DNA from: Gammaproteobacteria bacterium
GTDB taxonomy: Bacteria > Pseudomonadota > Gammaproteobacteria > JBNLBB01
Length of the DNA: 57,954 nucleotides
Direction: 5' to 3'
Assembly (NCBI GenBank): GCA_050302415.1
Contig: JBNLBB010000002.1
Coordinates: 1 to 57,954, forward strand
Part shown: positions 1 through 10,764 of the stretch, piece by piece
How positions within the stretch are numbered: position 1 is the first letter of the stretch
How the letters are laid out: every line of letters starts with the position of its first letter
Notes under the pieces: generated by a model
What the model was told of the DNA's origin: nothing
Seen by the model: the letters and a program-made list of their open reading frames with translations, nothing else
Databases searched by the model: none
Program-made: the position numbers and the translations under genes

Positions 1-285
1 ATTGGTCTGGAGAAATGCAGCGGGATTGCCACCACCCCGCCACCAGTCCACGGCGAGCGTGAAATTGGGAATGTAACGATGTTTCAGTAAGGCGTTGCTT
101 GCCGCCTGGTGCAGAGAACCGAGTGTCATGGACTCCACATGCAGGGGAGCATGCTCCACGATGTTCGGCTCGTCGTCCAGGTGGAAGCCATTTTGCGGGG
201 CTGCGTGGTAACCGATGGCAATCAGCGTGATTAAACCCACGCAGACCAGCCACGGCATCAGCCACTGCCTGTCGGTCGCAACCAC
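1..285 (-). CDS. Partial CDS (N-terminal ~95 aa; rest lies beyond the window start). Membrane protein resembling the N-terminus of bacterial TPR/PMT-like (DUF1736-type) proteins.
   Basis: Hand translation of the minus strand gives (V)VATDRQWLMPWLVCVGLITLIAIGYHAAPQNGFHLDDEPNIVEHAPL...AAFLQTN, open to position 1. A TM helix is followed by a GFHLDD motif. Start is GTG 285 or ATG 258. It is absent from the ORF track because there is no in-window stop. Confidence 0.4.
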   Translation of the reverse strand, partial: MVATDRQWLMPWLVCVGLITLIAIGYHAAPQNGFHLDDEPNIVEHAPLHVESMTLGSLHQAASNALLKHRYIPNFTLAVDWWRGGGNPAAFLQTN

Positions 286-374
286 TATTTCCCTACCCCC
301 CTGTCTGCAACAGGCGCCCAGTTCCCCAGCCGTTCAAATGGACAATCCGGAACCATCCTATCCCGCTATCACAA

Positions 375-403
375 ACAAAAAAACCGGCTTCGTTGAGCCG
401 GTT
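375..403 (-). terminator. Intrinsic terminator downstream of the tRNA-Ser/tRNA-Arg unit
   Basis: AACCGGCT-N6-AGCCGGTT hairpin (382-403), flanked by an A-run on the plus strand, which is a U-run on the minus strand. Confidence 0.7.
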
Positions 404-412
404 TTCATTGTT

Positions 413-489
413 TGGCGCGCCCGGAGAGATTCGAACTCCCGACCACCTGGTTCGTAGCCAGGTACTCTATCCAACTGAGCTACGGGCGC
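413..489 (-). tRNA. tRNA-Arg (anticodon ACG)
   Basis: Reverse complement is GCGCCCGTAGCTCAGTTGGATAGAGTACCTGGCTACGAACCAGGTGGTCGGGAGTTCGAATCTCTCCGGGCGCGCCA. It has a cloverleaf, anticodon loop CU-ACG-AA, a T-loop GTTCGAATC and an encoded CCA. Confidence 0.95.
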
Positions 490-545
490 TTGAAAGGCAG
501 CGATTATCTAGATGCTCAAAACCAATGTCAAGCAACCGGATAAGA

Positions 546-638
546 TGGCGGAGAGAGAGGGATTCGAACCCTCGATGGAGCTATTAACCCCATACTCCCT
601 TAGCAGGGGAGCGCCTTCAGCCTCTCGGCCATCTCTCC
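546..638 (-). tRNA. tRNA-Ser (anticodon GCT), long variable arm
   Basis: Reverse complement is GGAGAGATGGCCGAGAGGCTGAAGGCGCTCCCCTGCTAAGGGAG...GGGTTCGAATCCCTCTCTCTCCGCCA. The anticodon loop is CU-GCU-AA, and it is a class II tRNA with an extra arm. Confidence 0.95.
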
Positions 639-730
639 ATATCCCAGATATTTATGCCCTCTGGAAGGGGGCTTATTCTACGTGCGACAACCGATGTGGT
701 CCAGCCCGCAAGTCCGCTTTTACTGTGAGA

Positions 731-928
731 TCATTCGACTGGGCCGGAACCCGCGTCACCTTCCTTTTCGCGTCGAATCCGTTCATAGATCTCTTCGCGG
801 TGTACGGCCACCTCTTTGGGGGCGTTGACACCAATGCGCACCTGATTGCCTTTTACGCCAAGCACGGTCACAGTAACTTCGTCACCGATCATGAGGGTCT
901 CGCCGACCCTTCTAGTCAATATCAACAT
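731..928 (-). CDS. csrA: Carbon storage regulator CsrA (RsmA family RNA-binding protein)
   Basis: 65 aa, [51 protein letters not shown], essentially the CsrA family consensus. It sits between lysC/alaS and tRNAs, similar to the enterobacterial alaS-csrA-tRNA arrangement. Confidence 0.97.
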   Translation of the reverse strand: MLILTRRVGETLMIGDEVTVTVLGVKGNQVRIGVNAPKEVAVHREEIYERIRREKEGDAGSGPVE

Positions 929-1094
929 GTTCCATCTCCTATGTGCAGCAGCACGGTAACACTCTCCATGCGTCCCTAAAGCACGGACGAAGAGTTTGCA
1001 GCGACAAACTTTGTTTTTAAGTATTTATACAACAACGACAAGTTTCCACCCAGGGTGGCATTTTTTTATTTACCTGGGTCAATAACTGTCCAGA

Positions 1095-2324
1095 TCACAC
1101 ACCAGGTGCTTGATCCAACTCAAACGCCTTGTGCAGGGATCTTACGCCCAGTTCCAGGTACTTTTCATCCACCACGACCGAAATCTTGATCTCGGAGGTT
1201 GAAATCATCTGAATATTGATCCCATCGGCAGCCAAAGCCGCAAACATTTTACTGGCTATACCGGCGTGTGAGCGCATACCAACACCTACCAGCGATATCT
1301 TGACGATGGAATCGTCTCCATTCACTTCACGGGCGCCCATCTCGTTGGCCTGTTTCTTGAGGATTTCCAAGGCCTTCTTGAAATCATTGCGATGCACGGT
1401 GAAAGTGAAGTCAGTGGTCCCGTCCTGCCCCACGTTTTGCACGATCATGTCGATTTCAATATTAGCGTCGGATACCGGACTCAGAATACCGGCAGCAATA
1501 CCCGGACGATCGGGCACACCGATGACCGTCAGTTTGGCCTCATCGCGGTTGAAAGCGATTCCAGAGATTTTGGGCTGCTCCATTTCGGGCTCCTCGAGTG
1601 AGATCAGTGTCCCTTCGCCCTCATCCTCAAAAGAGGAGAGTACCCGCAACGGGACGTTGTATTTTCCGGCAAACTCCACAGAGCGAATCTGCAGAACCTT
1701 GGATCCGAGGCTGGCCATCTCCAGCATCTCTTCAAAAGTAATCTGATTCAGACGCCGGGCCTTCGGCTCCACTCGGGGGTCTGTGGTGTAGACGCCGTCC
1801 ACATCGGTATATATCTGGCATTCGTCCGCTTTGAGGGCGGCGGCGACAGCGACGGCCGTGGTATCCGAGCCTCCGCGTCCCAGCGTGGTGATGTTATTGG
1901 CTTCATCCAGCCCCTGGAATCCAGCGACCACGACGACCCGGCCGGCCTCAAGATCCGCCCGCATGTGCTGCTGATCGATGTCCGTGATCCGTGCCTTGGT
2001 ATGCGCGCTGTCGGTACGTATCTGTATCTGCCAGCCGGTGTAGGACCTGGCTTCCTGACCCAGTTCATTGAGCGCCATGCACAAAAGGGCGATGGTCACC
2101 TGCTCGCCGGTGGATACCAGCACATCCATTTCGCGGGCGTTGGGTTGCTCACTGATCGCCTTGGCCAGGTCAATCAAGCGGTTGGTCTCGCCGCTCATGG
2201 CCGAGACGACGACGACAACGTCATCACCACGCTGCCGAAACCGGGCGACCCGCTGCGCCACGTTTTTGATCCGGTCAGTGGTCCCGACCGACGTACCGCC
2301 GTACTTTTGGACAATTAATGCCAT
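1095..2324 (-). CDS. lysC: Aspartate kinase
   Basis: 409 aa. N-terminus is MALIVQKYGGTSVG (amino-acid kinase fold) and the C-terminal half resembles tandem ACT domains. Confidence 0.93.
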   Translation of the reverse strand: MALIVQKYGGTSVGTTDRIKNVAQRVARFRQRGDDVVVVVSAMSGETNRLIDLAKAISEQPNAREMDVLVSTGEQVTIALLCMALNELGQEARSYTGWQIQIRTDSAHTKARITDIDQQHMRADLEAGRVVVVAGFQGLDEANNITTLGRGGSDTTAVAVAAALKADECQIYTDVDGVYTTDPRVEPKARRLNQITFEEMLEMASLGSKVLQIRSVEFAGKYNVPLRVLSSFEDEGEGTLISLEEPEMEQPKISGIAFNRDEAKLTVIGVPDRPGIAAGILSPVSDANIEIDMIVQNVGQDGTTDFTFTVHRNDFKKALEILKKQANEMGAREVNGDDSIVKISLVGVGMRSHAGIASKMFAALAADGINIQMISTSEIKISVVVDEKYLELGVRSLHKAFELDQAPGV

Positions 2325-2419
2325 TGCCGCCTACTCGTGGGAAACGCGCGAATTTAGCATATGCCTGAGGGTTAGAAAAGGCATGGAGACCAGACGGTTA
2401 GGATTCGACCCAAGCGACT

Positions 2420-5050
2420 TTACCTGGTACCCAACTGACCGGCCACCCAGGATGCAACACCGTCCAGAGCAGCACCCAACGCGCCGACATCTGAGCCACC
2501 TCCCTGGGCCATATCGGGTCTGCCACCCCCTTTGCCACCAACCTGCTCGGCTACGTGCTTCATCAAGGCCCCGGCCTTCACCTGCGCAGTGGCGTCCTCG
2601 GTTACGCCGGCCACCAGGGATACCTTGGACCCTTCCACCGCCGCAAGAATGACCACTGCCGACTTGAGCTTCTGTTTCAATTGGTCAACGGTTTCACGCA
2701 AAACCTTGGCATCCGCCCCTTCCAGGCGCGCGGCGACCACCTTGATGCCGCTGATGTCGATGGCGCCGGAGACCAGATCGTTGCCCTGGGAACTCGCCAG
2801 CTTGCCCTGCAGGCGCGCCAGTTGCTTTTCGAGCTCCCGGTTTTTCTCCAACAGTCCCTGTACCTTGTCTTCCAAGAGGTCACGACCTCCCTTCAGCTGT
2901 TGACCCAGGCGTTCCAGAATCTGCTCGCCTTCATGAATTCGGCGCAAAGCGCTGAGGCCGGCAACGGCCTCTATCCGGCGCACGCCTGCCGCTACGCCGG
3001 TTTCGGAGGTGATGCGAAACACACCAATATCACCGGCCCGTGAGACGTGCGTGCCTCCGCACAACTCGACAGAAAATTCACCCACGGCGAGCACCCGGAC
3101 TTCACTGCCATACTTTTCGCCGAATAGGGCCATCGCTCCGGCCGCAATCGCGTCGTCATAGCCCATTACGCGGGCGCTCACTTCGGCATTCCGGCGTATT
3201 TCACGGTTGACTATGGACTCAACCTCTTCGATCTGGGCCCGGGTCATTGGCTCGAAATGCGAAAAATCGAAGCGCAAGTGGTCACTATCGACCAGAGAGC
3301 CCTTCTGCTGAACATGTTTGCCAAGCACTGAGCGCAGTGCGGCGTGCAGCAGGTGGGTCGCCGTATGATTGCAGGCGGTTTCGCGCCGTTCGCTCTCATT
3401 GACGATGGCGCTCACCGACTGCCCCTTGGACAGGCTGCCGGTAATCAGGCGACCGATATGCACAACCGTTCCCGATGCCTGCTTCTGGGTATCCCGCACT
3501 TCAAATCGGGCATCGCCGGCTGAAATCATCCCGCGGTCACCCACCTGACCACCGGATTCCGCGTAAAACGGTGTTTCATTCAGAACCACAATCCCCTCGT
3601 CGCCGGCCGACAGGATATCGACCTGTCCACCGGCTACCGCCAGGGCAGAAACCTTTGCCTCAGATTGCGTCCGGTCATACCCGACGAATGCGGTCTTTTC
3701 CGTGAGCCCCAGATTGTCTGTCAGATCCACGCTGAACCGGCTGGCGGCCCGAGCCCGATCGCGCTGCTCCTCCATATGGCGTTGGAAACCATCCATATCC
3801 AGCTGCATCCCGCGTTCGCGCGCTACATCCCCGGTCAGGTCGATGGGGAACCCGTAGGTATCATAGAGTTTGAAGGCCACGTCTCCGGGTATGGTCCGAT
3901 CCTTGGCCTCGCCCATGGTCTGCTCCAGAATCCGCATCCCCTGTTCCAGGGTTTCGGCAAAGCGCTCCTCCTCCAGTTTCAGGACCTGAGCCACCTGGCC
4001 CTGGGCGGCGGCCAGTTCAGGATAGGCCTGCCCCATCTCGGCAACCAGTGCCGAAACCAGAGTGTGGAAAAATGGTTGGGTCACGCCCAGCTTGTAGCCA
4101 TGACGGATTGCCCGACGAATGATTCGTCGCAGAACATAACCCCGGCCCTCATTGGAGGGCAACACACCGTCGGTGATCAAAAATGAGCAGGCCCGAATGT
4201 GGTCGGCAATCACCCGCAGGGAACTGGCGGTCAGATCGCTGGACCCGGTCGCTTTCGCCGCCGCGGCTATCAAATTCTGGAACAGGTCAATTTCGTAGTT
4301 GCTGTGGACATGCTGCAGGACGGCTGCCAGGCGCTCCAATCCCATACCGGTATCCACCGACGGCTTGGGCAGTGGGTCCATGCGCCCATCGGCAAAACGG
4401 TTGTACTGCATGAACACCAGATTCCAGATCTCGATGTAGCGGTCGCCATCCTCTTCGGGAGTTCCGGGAGGTCCACCGGCCACCGATGGGCCGTGGTCGT
4501 AGAAAATCTCCGAACAGGGTCCGCAGGGACCGGTATCGCCCATTGCCCAGAAATTGTCACTCTCGTAACGTTTGCCACCGGGTTTGTCGCCGATGCGCGT
4601 GAATCGCTCTGAATTGACACCAATCTCCTTCAGCCAGATATCCGCCGCTTCGTCATCTTCCGAGTAGACGGTCACCCACAGTTTTTCCGCCGGTAGTTTG
4701 ACCACCTCGGTAAGAAACTCCCAGGCGTACTGAATGGCTTCGCGCTTGAAATAGTCACCAAAACTGAAATTGCCCAGCATTTCGAAGAAAGTGTGGTGCC
4801 TTGCCGTGTAGCCAACGTTTTCCAGATCGTTGTGCTTGCCTCCGGCCCGCACACAGCGCTGTGAGGTCGTGGCCCGCGAGTAGGCCCGTTGGTCGTGACC
4901 CAGAAAGACGTCTTTGAACTGCACCATTCCTGCGTTGGTAAACAGCAGGGTGGGATCATTCCCGGGCACCAGTGGACTGCTGGCGACGATTTCGTGGCCA
5001 TTCTTCTGAAAATACTCGAGAAATGCGCGGCGAATTTCTGAACTGTTCAT
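2420..5050 (-). CDS. alaS: Alanine--tRNA ligase
   Basis: 876 aa. Shows class II AlaRS N-terminal motifs ([10 protein letters not shown]), the editing-domain zinc motif ELCGGTHV, and a C-terminal DHHA1-like region. Confidence 0.97.
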   Translation of the reverse strand: MNSSEIRRAFLEYFQKNGHEIVASSPLVPGNDPTLLFTNAGMVQFKDVFLGHDQRAYSRATTSQRCVRAGGKHNDLENVGYTARHHTFFEMLGNFSFGDYFKREAIQYAWEFLTEVVKLPAEKLWVTVYSEDDEAADIWLKEIGVNSERFTRIGDKPGGKRYESDNFWAMGDTGPCGPCSEIFYDHGPSVAGGPPGTPEEDGDRYIEIWNLVFMQYNRFADGRMDPLPKPSVDTGMGLERLAAVLQHVHSNYEIDLFQNLIAAAAKATGSSDLTASSLRVIADHIRACSFLITDGVLPSNEGRGYVLRRIIRRAIRHGYKLGVTQPFFHTLVSALVAEMGQAYPELAAAQGQVAQVLKLEEERFAETLEQGMRILEQTMGEAKDRTIPGDVAFKLYDTYGFPIDLTGDVARERGMQLDMDGFQRHMEEQRDRARAASRFSVDLTDNLGLTEKTAFVGYDRTQSEAKVSALAVAGGQVDILSAGDEGIVVLNETPFYAESGGQVGDRGMISAGDARFEVRDTQKQASGTVVHIGRLITGSLSKGQSVSAIVNESERRETACNHTATHLLHAALRSVLGKHVQQKGSLVDSDHLRFDFSHFEPMTRAQIEEVESIVNREIRRNAEVSARVMGYDDAIAAGAMALFGEKYGSEVRVLAVGEFSVELCGGTHVSRAGDIGVFRITSETGVAAGVRRIEAVAGLSALRRIHEGEQILERLGQQLKGGRDLLEDKVQGLLEKNRELEKQLARLQGKLASSQGNDLVSGAIDISGIKVVAARLEGADAKVLRETVDQLKQKLKSAVVILAAVEGSKVSLVAGVTEDATAQVKAGALMKHVAEQVGGKGGGRPDMAQGGGSDVGALGAALDGVASWVAGQLGTR

Positions 5051-5116
5051 CTGGATTATTTATGGATTCCAATGTGGTTCCCGGAAAATAGCATTTTGCT
5101 TTTCCCGGGGGCAACG

Positions 5117-5599
5117 TCACCCGACCTCGTCCTCATCGCCGAGCACCCGGCAGATCAGATCGTGGGGAAACCCGCGGTATTCAAGAAATCTGGCCTGCTG
5201 CAGCCAGCTTTTCCGATCGTCGGGCATCCGGGCAAATTTTTTTCGTCGGACCGCGTGGGCCACCTCACGCCAGTCAATCTGGTCGGAGGTGAGCAACGCC
5301 TCTGTGGTCGCGGAGTCAACGCCCTTCTCGCGAAGCACCTGCCGTATCCGGACCGGTCCGTAGCCCCGCTGCACCAGACTGTCCCGCTGCAGGTCGGCGA
5401 ACCGCTCGTCATTCAGCAGGCGTTCTGCCTGCAGTGAGGTGACCACAGCGCTGACAATATCCCTGGAAAATCCGCGCGCACTGAGACGGGAGCCTAATTC
5501 CGCCGATGCATATTCCCGCCTGGCCAGCCAGCGCATGGCCTGGTCGCGCGCCAACTGGCGGTCAACCGCCTCTTCAGGCGTCAGCTGTTTCCACTTCAC
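5117..5599 (-). CDS. recX: RecA regulator RecX
   Basis: The conserved RecX core [23 protein letters not shown] begins just after the recA stop. The track ORF (to 5758) runs over the recA 3' end, so I trimmed it to GTG 5599. ATG 5536 is an alternative start. Confidence 0.8.
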   Translation of the reverse strand: MKWKQLTPEEAVDRQLARDQAMRWLARREYASAELGSRLSARGFSRDIVSAVVTSLQAERLLNDERFADLQRDSLVQRGYGPVRIRQVLREKGVDSATTEALLTSDQIDWREVAHAVRRKKFARMPDDRKSWLQQARFLEYRGFPHDLICRVLGDEDEVG

Positions 5600-6605
5600 C
5601 GCTATCCACGCGAACGTTGGGCAACAGCTTGGCGCGGATCTGGGCTTCGATCTCACGGGCGATTTCAGGATTGTCCCTGAGGTATTGGCGGGCGTTTTCT
5701 TTGCCCTGGCCAATACGGTCACCCTTGTAGCTGTACCAGGCTCCCGCCTTGTCGACAAACCCGTTGTTCACGCCCAGGTCAACAATCTCGCCTTCTCTGG
5801 AAATACCTTCGTTGTAGAAAATCTCGAACTCGGCCTGCTTGAACGGCGGCGCCATCTTGTTCTTGACCACCTTGACCCGGGTTTCGTTACCGGCGACCTC
5901 GTCCCCCTTTTTGATCGAACCCGTCCGCCGGATATCCAGCCGGACCGACGAGTAGAACTTGAGTGCATTGCCGCCGGTGGTGGTTTCCGGGCTGCCAAAC
6001 ATGACCCCGATCTTCATTCGGATCTGGTTGATAAAGATGACGAGTGTGTTGGATCGCTTGATATTGGCCGTCAGCTTGCGCAGGGCCTGTGACATCAGGC
6101 GGGCGTGCAGGCCCACATGGGAGTCGCCCATCTCACCTTCGATTTCGGCCTTGGGGGTCAGCGCGGCCACGGAGTCGATGACCACCACATCCACGGCGGC
6201 AGAGCGCACCAGCATGTCCGCAATCTCCAGCGCCTGCTCTCCGGTATCGGGCTGAGACACCAGCAGGTCGTCCACATTGACTCCGAGCTTTTCAGCATAA
6301 GAGGGGTCCAGCGCATGTTCGGCATCCACGAAGGCTGCGGTGCCGCCCAGTTTCTGGGCTTCGGCCACCACCTGCAGGGTCAGGGTGGTTTTACCGGAGG
6401 ATTCCGGACCGTAGATCTCCACCACGCGCCCACGCGGCAGACCACCGATGCCCAATGCCATATCCAGGGTAAGGGATCCGGTGGAAATGACGCCGATATC
6501 GCGCACCACTCCGGGATCACCCATGCGCATGACTGCGCCCTTACCGAACTGACGTTCAATTTGGCCTAGTGCCGCGTCTAGGGCTTTGCGTTTGTTGTCG
6601 TCCAT
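5574..6605 (-). CDS. recA: Recombinase RecA
   Basis: 343 aa. Contains Walker [10 protein letters not shown], the L1/L2 loop regions and the [28 protein letters not shown] signature. Confidence 0.98.
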   Translation of the reverse strand: MDDNKRKALDAALGQIERQFGKGAVMRMGDPGVVRDIGVISTGSLTLDMALGIGGLPRGRVVEIYGPESSGKTTLTLQVVAEAQKLGGTAAFVDAEHALDPSYAEKLGVNVDDLLVSQPDTGEQALEIADMLVRSAAVDVVVIDSVAALTPKAEIEGEMGDSHVGLHARLMSQALRKLTANIKRSNTLVIFINQIRMKIGVMFGSPETTTGGNALKFYSSVRLDIRRTGSIKKGDEVAGNETRVKVVKNKMAPPFKQAEFEIFYNEGISREGEIVDLGVNNGFVDKAGAWYSYKGDRIGQGKENARQYLRDNPEIAREIEAQIRAKLLPNVRVDSGEVETADA

Positions 6606-6645
6606 CCCGTCCTACCGTGTTGCTGCTGAATCTCAAAACCGGGCG

Positions 6646-6675
6646 ATTATCCCACAGCCCCGCTTCCGGTGTCAG
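6646..6675 (-). promoter_or_regulatory. Putative sigma70 promoter for recA, embedded in the 3' end of thpR
   Basis: On the minus strand: CTGACA (6675-6670), 18-nt spacer, GATAAT (6651-6646), about 40 nt upstream of the recA ATG. Confidence 0.35.
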
Positions 6676-7208
6676 CCGACACCCGGCCTGAGCGGGTACT
6701 CAACCAGAGTCCGGTAGCGCGAACCCTGTCGGTCCAGCACTGACGACAGTAGGCGAAAACCGACAACAGACCAGGCGATAGGCTCAATTGACAAGCGGTT
6801 TGGACGGTTCAGGACCTTGCGTGCAACCGTGACGTGCGGCGCAAACGGACGATCTTCCGCAGTAAATCCACTCCGGTCACAGGCTTTGCCGATCTCCGCC
6901 TCAAGCTTGACTAGCTCCGCCGGGGTCCTACCGCAGCCTGCCCACAGGATTCCGGATCGGCGCCACCAACCCAACCGGTCCAACTCCAATGCAAAGGCCT
7001 GCCCACGAACGCCGGCCAGTTCCCTTTGCAGTTCATCAATCTGGCGGATCGTGCAATCACCCAGGAATCTCAACGTCACGTGCAGATTCCCTTGGGGTAC
7101 GGGTCGCCCTATGGCATCCAGGCCCATTCGGTTCAGTTGGTGCGCGAGCGCTTCGCTGACCGTGGCATCCGGCCACAAACCGATAAATATCCTCTGCTTA
7201 TCGGCCAC
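6672..7208 (-). CDS. thpR: RNA 2',3'-cyclic phosphodiesterase (2H phosphoesterase, ThpR/LigT)
   Basis: Two HxT motifs (HVTLRF and HVTVAR) with the spacing typical of LigT. The track ORF over-extends into pncC. GTG 7208 gives 178 aa and an 11-nt overlap with the pncC stop. Confidence 0.8.
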   Translation of the reverse strand: MADKQRIFIGLWPDATVSEALAHQLNRMGLDAIGRPVPQGNLHVTLRFLGDCTIRQIDELQRELAGVRGQAFALELDRLGWWRRSGILWAGCGRTPAELVKLEAEIGKACDRSGFTAEDRPFAPHVTVARKVLNRPNRLSIEPIAWSVVGFRLLSSVLDRQGSRYRTLVEYPLRPGVG

Positions 7209-7698
7209 CTGCCACCATCTCCGCCATCCGCTGCAACGCCCGGAATACAGTTTGTCGGCGTACCGCTTCCCGGTCACCCAGAAACAGACGGGATTCAGAT
7301 TCCATCCGACCGGAAACCGCCCAGGCAAACCAGACCGTGCCCACCGGCTTCTCCGGGGTACCACCATCCGGCCCTGCGACGCCACTCACTGCCAGGGCAC
7401 AGTCCACTGTGGAATGTGCAACCACGCCCCGGCACAGGGCTTCCACCACGGGCGCACTCACCGCACCATGGGTGGCGAGCAGTGCGTGCGACACGCCCAG
7501 CATCTCCTCTTTGGCTGGATTGGAGTAGACCACCCATCCGCGCTCGAACCAGCGGGAACTGCCGGCCATATCGGTCAGTGTTTTGGCGATCCAACCGCCG
7601 GTACAGGACTCGGCCGTACCCAGATGCCATGCTTTGTCCAGCAGCGCTGCGGCCAATCGCGCCGCCTGCGATGCCAGATCCAGGTCACTGCATTGCAT
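7198..7698 (-). CDS. pncC: Nicotinamide-nucleotide amidohydrolase PncC (CinA C-terminal domain protein)
   Basis: Contains [42 protein letters not shown], the CinA/PncC signature. ATG 7698 is preceded by GGAAGGGAG (SD); ATG 7716 is an alternative start. Confidence 0.88.
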   Translation of the reverse strand: MQCSDLDLASQAARLAAALLDKAWHLGTAESCTGGWIAKTLTDMAGSSRWFERGWVVYSNPAKEEMLGVSHALLATHGAVSAPVVEALCRGVVAHSTVDCALAVSGVAGPDGGTPEKPVGTVWFAWAVSGRMESESRLFLGDREAVRRQTVFRALQRMAEMVAGGR

Positions 7699-7814
7699 TG
7701 ATTTGCTCCCTTCCATACCAACTCACAATGGAAAAACTACCAGATTCCCTGAGCTCCCAACCCGATCACCGCCAGATCACTTTCGCTGAACAAGAATTTG
7801 GATACACTGGCGCG

Positions 7815-10400
7815 ATGTCCAAGACCGAACCATCCACCAACCACACCCCCATGATGCGCCAGTACCTGCGCATCAAAGCCGAGCACCCGAACATTCTGGT
7901 CTTTTACCGGATGGGCGACTTTTATGAGCTTTTTTACGACGACGCCAGTCGCGCCGCACAATTGCTCAACATCACGTTGACGCGACGCGGGCAATCCGCC
8001 GGCGAGCCGATTCCCATGGCGGGCGTGCCCGTTCACGCAGCGGAGAATTATCTCTCGCGGTTGGTGCGCATGGGCGAATCGGTTGCCATCTGCGAGCAGA
8101 TCGGCGATCCCGCCACCAGCAAGGGACCGGTGGAGCGGAAGGTTGTGCGAATTGTAACTCCCGGCACCCTGTTCGAAGAGGGGTTGCTGGAGGAGCGCCG
8201 CGAAAACCTGGTCATCAGCATCCAACGTGAAGGTGACCGTTTTGGGCTGGCGGTGTTTGAGTTGTCTAGTGGACGGTTCACCGTTCTGGAGCGCAACAAT
8301 ACCGCGGAGCTGGGCAACGAACTGGAGCGACTGCGACCCGCCGAAGCCATCTACAACGAAGACTACCCGGATTTGCCGGAGACCCGTTTTCCCTGCCGGA
8401 CCACCTCACTTCCACCCTGGCATTTCGAGTACGAATCGGCACAGCGGGCGCTGTGCAAACAGTTCGGCACCCGCGACCTTGCCGGCTTCGGGTGTGAAGG
8501 TCTGACTCTGGCAGTGGGTGCCGCAGGCGCCCTGCTGGGTTACGTGCGCGACACCCAACGCAGCCAACTCCCGCATCTGCGCGGATTGAGCGTCATTCCC
8601 GCCGAGGCATGCGTCGCCATGGATTCGGCGACCCGGCGCAACCTGGAGTTGGAACACAGCCTGACCGATACGCCACACCTGACCCTTGCCGGGGTGCTGG
8701 ACCGATGCGCCACCAGCATGGGCAGCCGCTGTCTGCGGCGTTGGCTTAACAGCCCGTTGCGCAATCAGGGGGAACTGCGGGGCAGGCATCACGCCGTTGG
8801 TGAATTGGCAGAAGCAAACCAGACCGACGCCCTGGTCGACCATTTGCGGGAGATCGGCGATATGGAACGGGTACTCGCGCGCATCGCCCTGCGCACCGCC
8901 CGCCCCCGGGATCTGCTGGCCACGCGTAACGCGCTCCAACAGCTGTTGCCACTGCAAAACCTGCTGGCCGACATCGACTCCCCATTGATCCAGGATTTGC
9001 GTCAATCGATCACACCATACCCAACACTGCAGGAGACGCTCGAGCATGCGCTGGTCGACAACCCGCCGGCCATTGCGCGGGATGGCGGGGTCATCGCACC
9101 CGGGTTCGATGCGGAACTGGACCGGTTGCGCACCTTGAGTGAAAACGCGGATCAGTTCCTGCTCGACATGGAGGCAAGGGAACGCGAAGCCACCGGCATC
9201 TCCACCTTGAAAATCCGCTACAACCGGGTACATGGCTTCAGTATCGAAGTGGGCCGTTCCCACGCCGAGCGGATCCCCGACCACTACATCCGGCGCCAGA
9301 CCCTAAAAAATGCGGAACGCTACACCACGGCGGAGCTGAAGGAGTTCGAAGAGGAGGTATTGAGCGCCAGAGATCAGGCCCTGGCGCGCGAGCGAGCGCT
9401 CTACGAAGAACTACTGGACAACTTTACGGCGCCTCTTCCCCAGCTTCAGGAGACCGCCAAAGCACTGGCGCAACTCGATGTGCTATGCAACTTCGCAGAA
9501 CGCGCGGTCACCCTCCGCTTCACCCGCCCGGAGTTGGTGGAAGAGATCGGGATCGACATCGTCGCGGGTCGCCATCCGGTGGTGGAGTTCAACCAGGAAG
9601 AGCCGTTTGTCGCCAACGACCTGCAGCTGAACAGCGAGCGGAAAATGCTGATCATTACCGGACCCAACATGGGCGGCAAATCGACCTACATGCGCCAGAA
9701 CGCGCTGATCGTCATCCTCGCGCTGATCGGATCGCACGTTCCAGCCACCGCCGCACGGATAGGACCCGTGGACAGGATATTTACCCGGATAGGCGCCTCC
9801 GACGATCTGGCCGGCGGACGCTCCACCTTCATGGTTGAAATGACCGAGACCGCCAACATTCTGCACAACGCCACACCCCAGAGCCTGGTGCTGATGGACG
9901 AAGTCGGGCGAGGCACCTCCACATTTGACGGCTTGGCGATCGCGTGGGCAAGCGCCGAGCATCTGGTTCGGCAGAACCGTTCGTTGACCCTGTTTGCGAC
10001 CCACTACTTCGAACTGACCACGCTTCCGGATCTGCACGAAACCATCGCCAATGTACACCTGGATGCTATCGAGCACAGCGAGCGGATCGTTTTTCTGCAC
10101 GAGGTCAAAGAGGGTCCCGCAAACCAGAGCTATGGATTGCAGGTCGCGGCCCTGGCGGGATTGCCCGCACCCGTGATCAGGGAGGCACGCCAGCGGCTCT
10201 CACTGCTGGAAGATGAAGCGTGTGCCCGGCCTTCACCCGGCGACCGACGTCCGGCCCAAGAGCAGATGACGCTGTTCAGCAGCCCTCCCAGGGACCATCC
10301 CCTGTGGCAGGAGCTGGCGTCGCTGCATCCCGACGAGCTGACGCCTAAAGCAGCCCTCGAACAGCTTTACCGATTGAAGAGTTTGATGCTGGCGGAATAG
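7815..10400 (+). CDS. mutS: DNA mismatch repair protein MutS
   Basis: The true start is [40 protein letters not shown] at 7815. Walker A is GPNMGGKST. The track ORF from 7026 is a spurious 5' extension across the pncC/thpR antisense. Confidence 0.96.
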   Translation: MSKTEPSTNHTPMMRQYLRIKAEHPNILVFYRMGDFYELFYDDASRAAQLLNITLTRRGQSAGEPIPMAGVPVHAAENYLSRLVRMGESVAICEQIGDPATSKGPVERKVVRIVTPGTLFEEGLLEERRENLVISIQREGDRFGLAVFELSSGRFTVLERNNTAELGNELERLRPAEAIYNEDYPDLPETRFPCRTTSLPPWHFEYESAQRALCKQFGTRDLAGFGCEGLTLAVGAAGALLGYVRDTQRSQLPHLRGLSVIPAEACVAMDSATRRNLELEHSLTDTPHLTLAGVLDRCATSMGSRCLRRWLNSPLRNQGELRGRHHAVGELAEANQTDALVDHLREIGDMERVLARIALRTARPRDLLATRNALQQLLPLQNLLADIDSPLIQDLRQSITPYPTLQETLEHALVDNPPAIARDGGVIAPGFDAELDRLRTLSENADQFLLDMEAREREATGISTLKIRYNRVHGFSIEVGRSHAERIPDHYIRRQTLKNAERYTTAELKEFEEEVLSARDQALARERALYEELLDNFTAPLPQLQETAKALAQLDVLCNFAERAVTLRFTRPELVEEIGIDIVAGRHPVVEFNQEEPFVANDLQLNSERKMLIITGPNMGGKSTYMRQNALIVILALIGSHVPATAARIGPVDRIFTRIGASDDLAGGRSTFMVEMTETANILHNATPQSLVLMDEVGRGTSTFDGLAIAWASAEHLVRQNRSLTLFATHYFELTTLPDLHETIANVHLDAIEHSERIVFLHEVKEGPANQSYGLQVAALAGLPAPVIREARQRLSLLEDEACARPSPGDRRPAQEQMTLFSSPPRDHPLWQELASLHPDELTPKAALEQLYRLKSLMLAE

Positions 10401-10521
10401 AGAAGATGCCGCAGATGTGGCCGGCGTCCCTGCCGCCCACATCTGCCGCCCTTAGACTGCGTCATGCAATCGGGCCTCCTGCCCGAATATCCTGAATGCA
10501 ATCCCTGCACACATCCCTGTC
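10400..10521 (-). ncRNA. Candidate GGA-rich small RNA (possible Csr/Rsm-type CsrA-binding RNA) in the mutS/xerD convergent spacer
   Basis: Five CAGG(G)A motifs lie in 90 nt on the minus strand (plus-strand TCC at 10427, 10477, 10490, 10502, 10514). At least three fall in hairpin loops. The terminal 10-bp hairpin is at 10411-10446. The promoter is weak (TTGTGA-17-AACAAT, 10556-10528). See findings. Confidence 0.3.
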
Positions 10522-10764
10522 GGCGCCATTGTTACGCTACTGGGGCCAAGTCACAACAAACCGATACGCATTCGCCACAGTCCGGCTGCTTCAGCAGATC
10601 GTCTCGCCGATGGGGATTTCTTTTTGTTTTTCAGCTATCTGTGATCTGGCACGGCTGGCGTGTAGCTTGCCGCCCACAAGTGCGCCGCCATTTGCCCACA
10701 CAAATTTAATCCATTTCCTACAGCACAAGACGACACAGGGTGGGTATAGGAGAATCTCCCGTGC

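Noticed and set aside
413-638. tRNA-Arg/tRNA-Ser pair and tRNA-Leu (30621-30707) as possible integration hot spots for mobile elements, with xerD as a possible integrase.
   Set aside because: There is no integrase, no partial tRNA repeat and no foreign-looking cargo next to any of the tRNAs. The recombinase at 10765-11667 has the XerD catalytic C-terminus nearly identical to E. coli XerD and sits in core context.
2325-2419. Possible lysine riboswitch (L-box) in the lysC leader.
   Set aside because: The spacer to alaS is only about 95 nt. That is too short for an L-box (about 180 nt), and I saw no conserved L-box helices.
5079-5110. Hairpin CCCGGAAAA...TTTTCCCGGG between recX and alaS, as a terminator.
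   Set aside because: The stem is imperfect (bulged) and there is no U-tract on the minus strand. It might attenuate transcription, but it is not supportable as a terminator call.
7026-7814. 5' extensions of track ORFs: mutS from 7026, miaA to 38731, rpsF to 26738, thpR to 7385, radA to 22491, recX to 5758 and orn to 46810.
   Set aside because: The track takes the first ATG/GTG/TTG after a stop. The conserved protein N-termini begin much later, and the extensions overlap neighbouring genes. I trimmed the starts accordingly.
10711-10722. Shared motif upstream of both GGA-rich loci: minus-strand TGTAGGAAA(A)TG, i.e. plus-strand CATTT(T)CCTACA at 10711-10722 and 22753-22764. I considered it as a possible common activator box.
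   Set aside because: Only a 9-mer is exactly shared. The chance of such a match between two ~300-nt regions is of order 0.3, and its distance to the putative promoters differs greatly (about -80 versus more than -170). A TGT-N12-ACA element (TGTGGGCGGCAAGCTACA, about 10645-10662) is only a 4/6+4/6 match to the GacA box.
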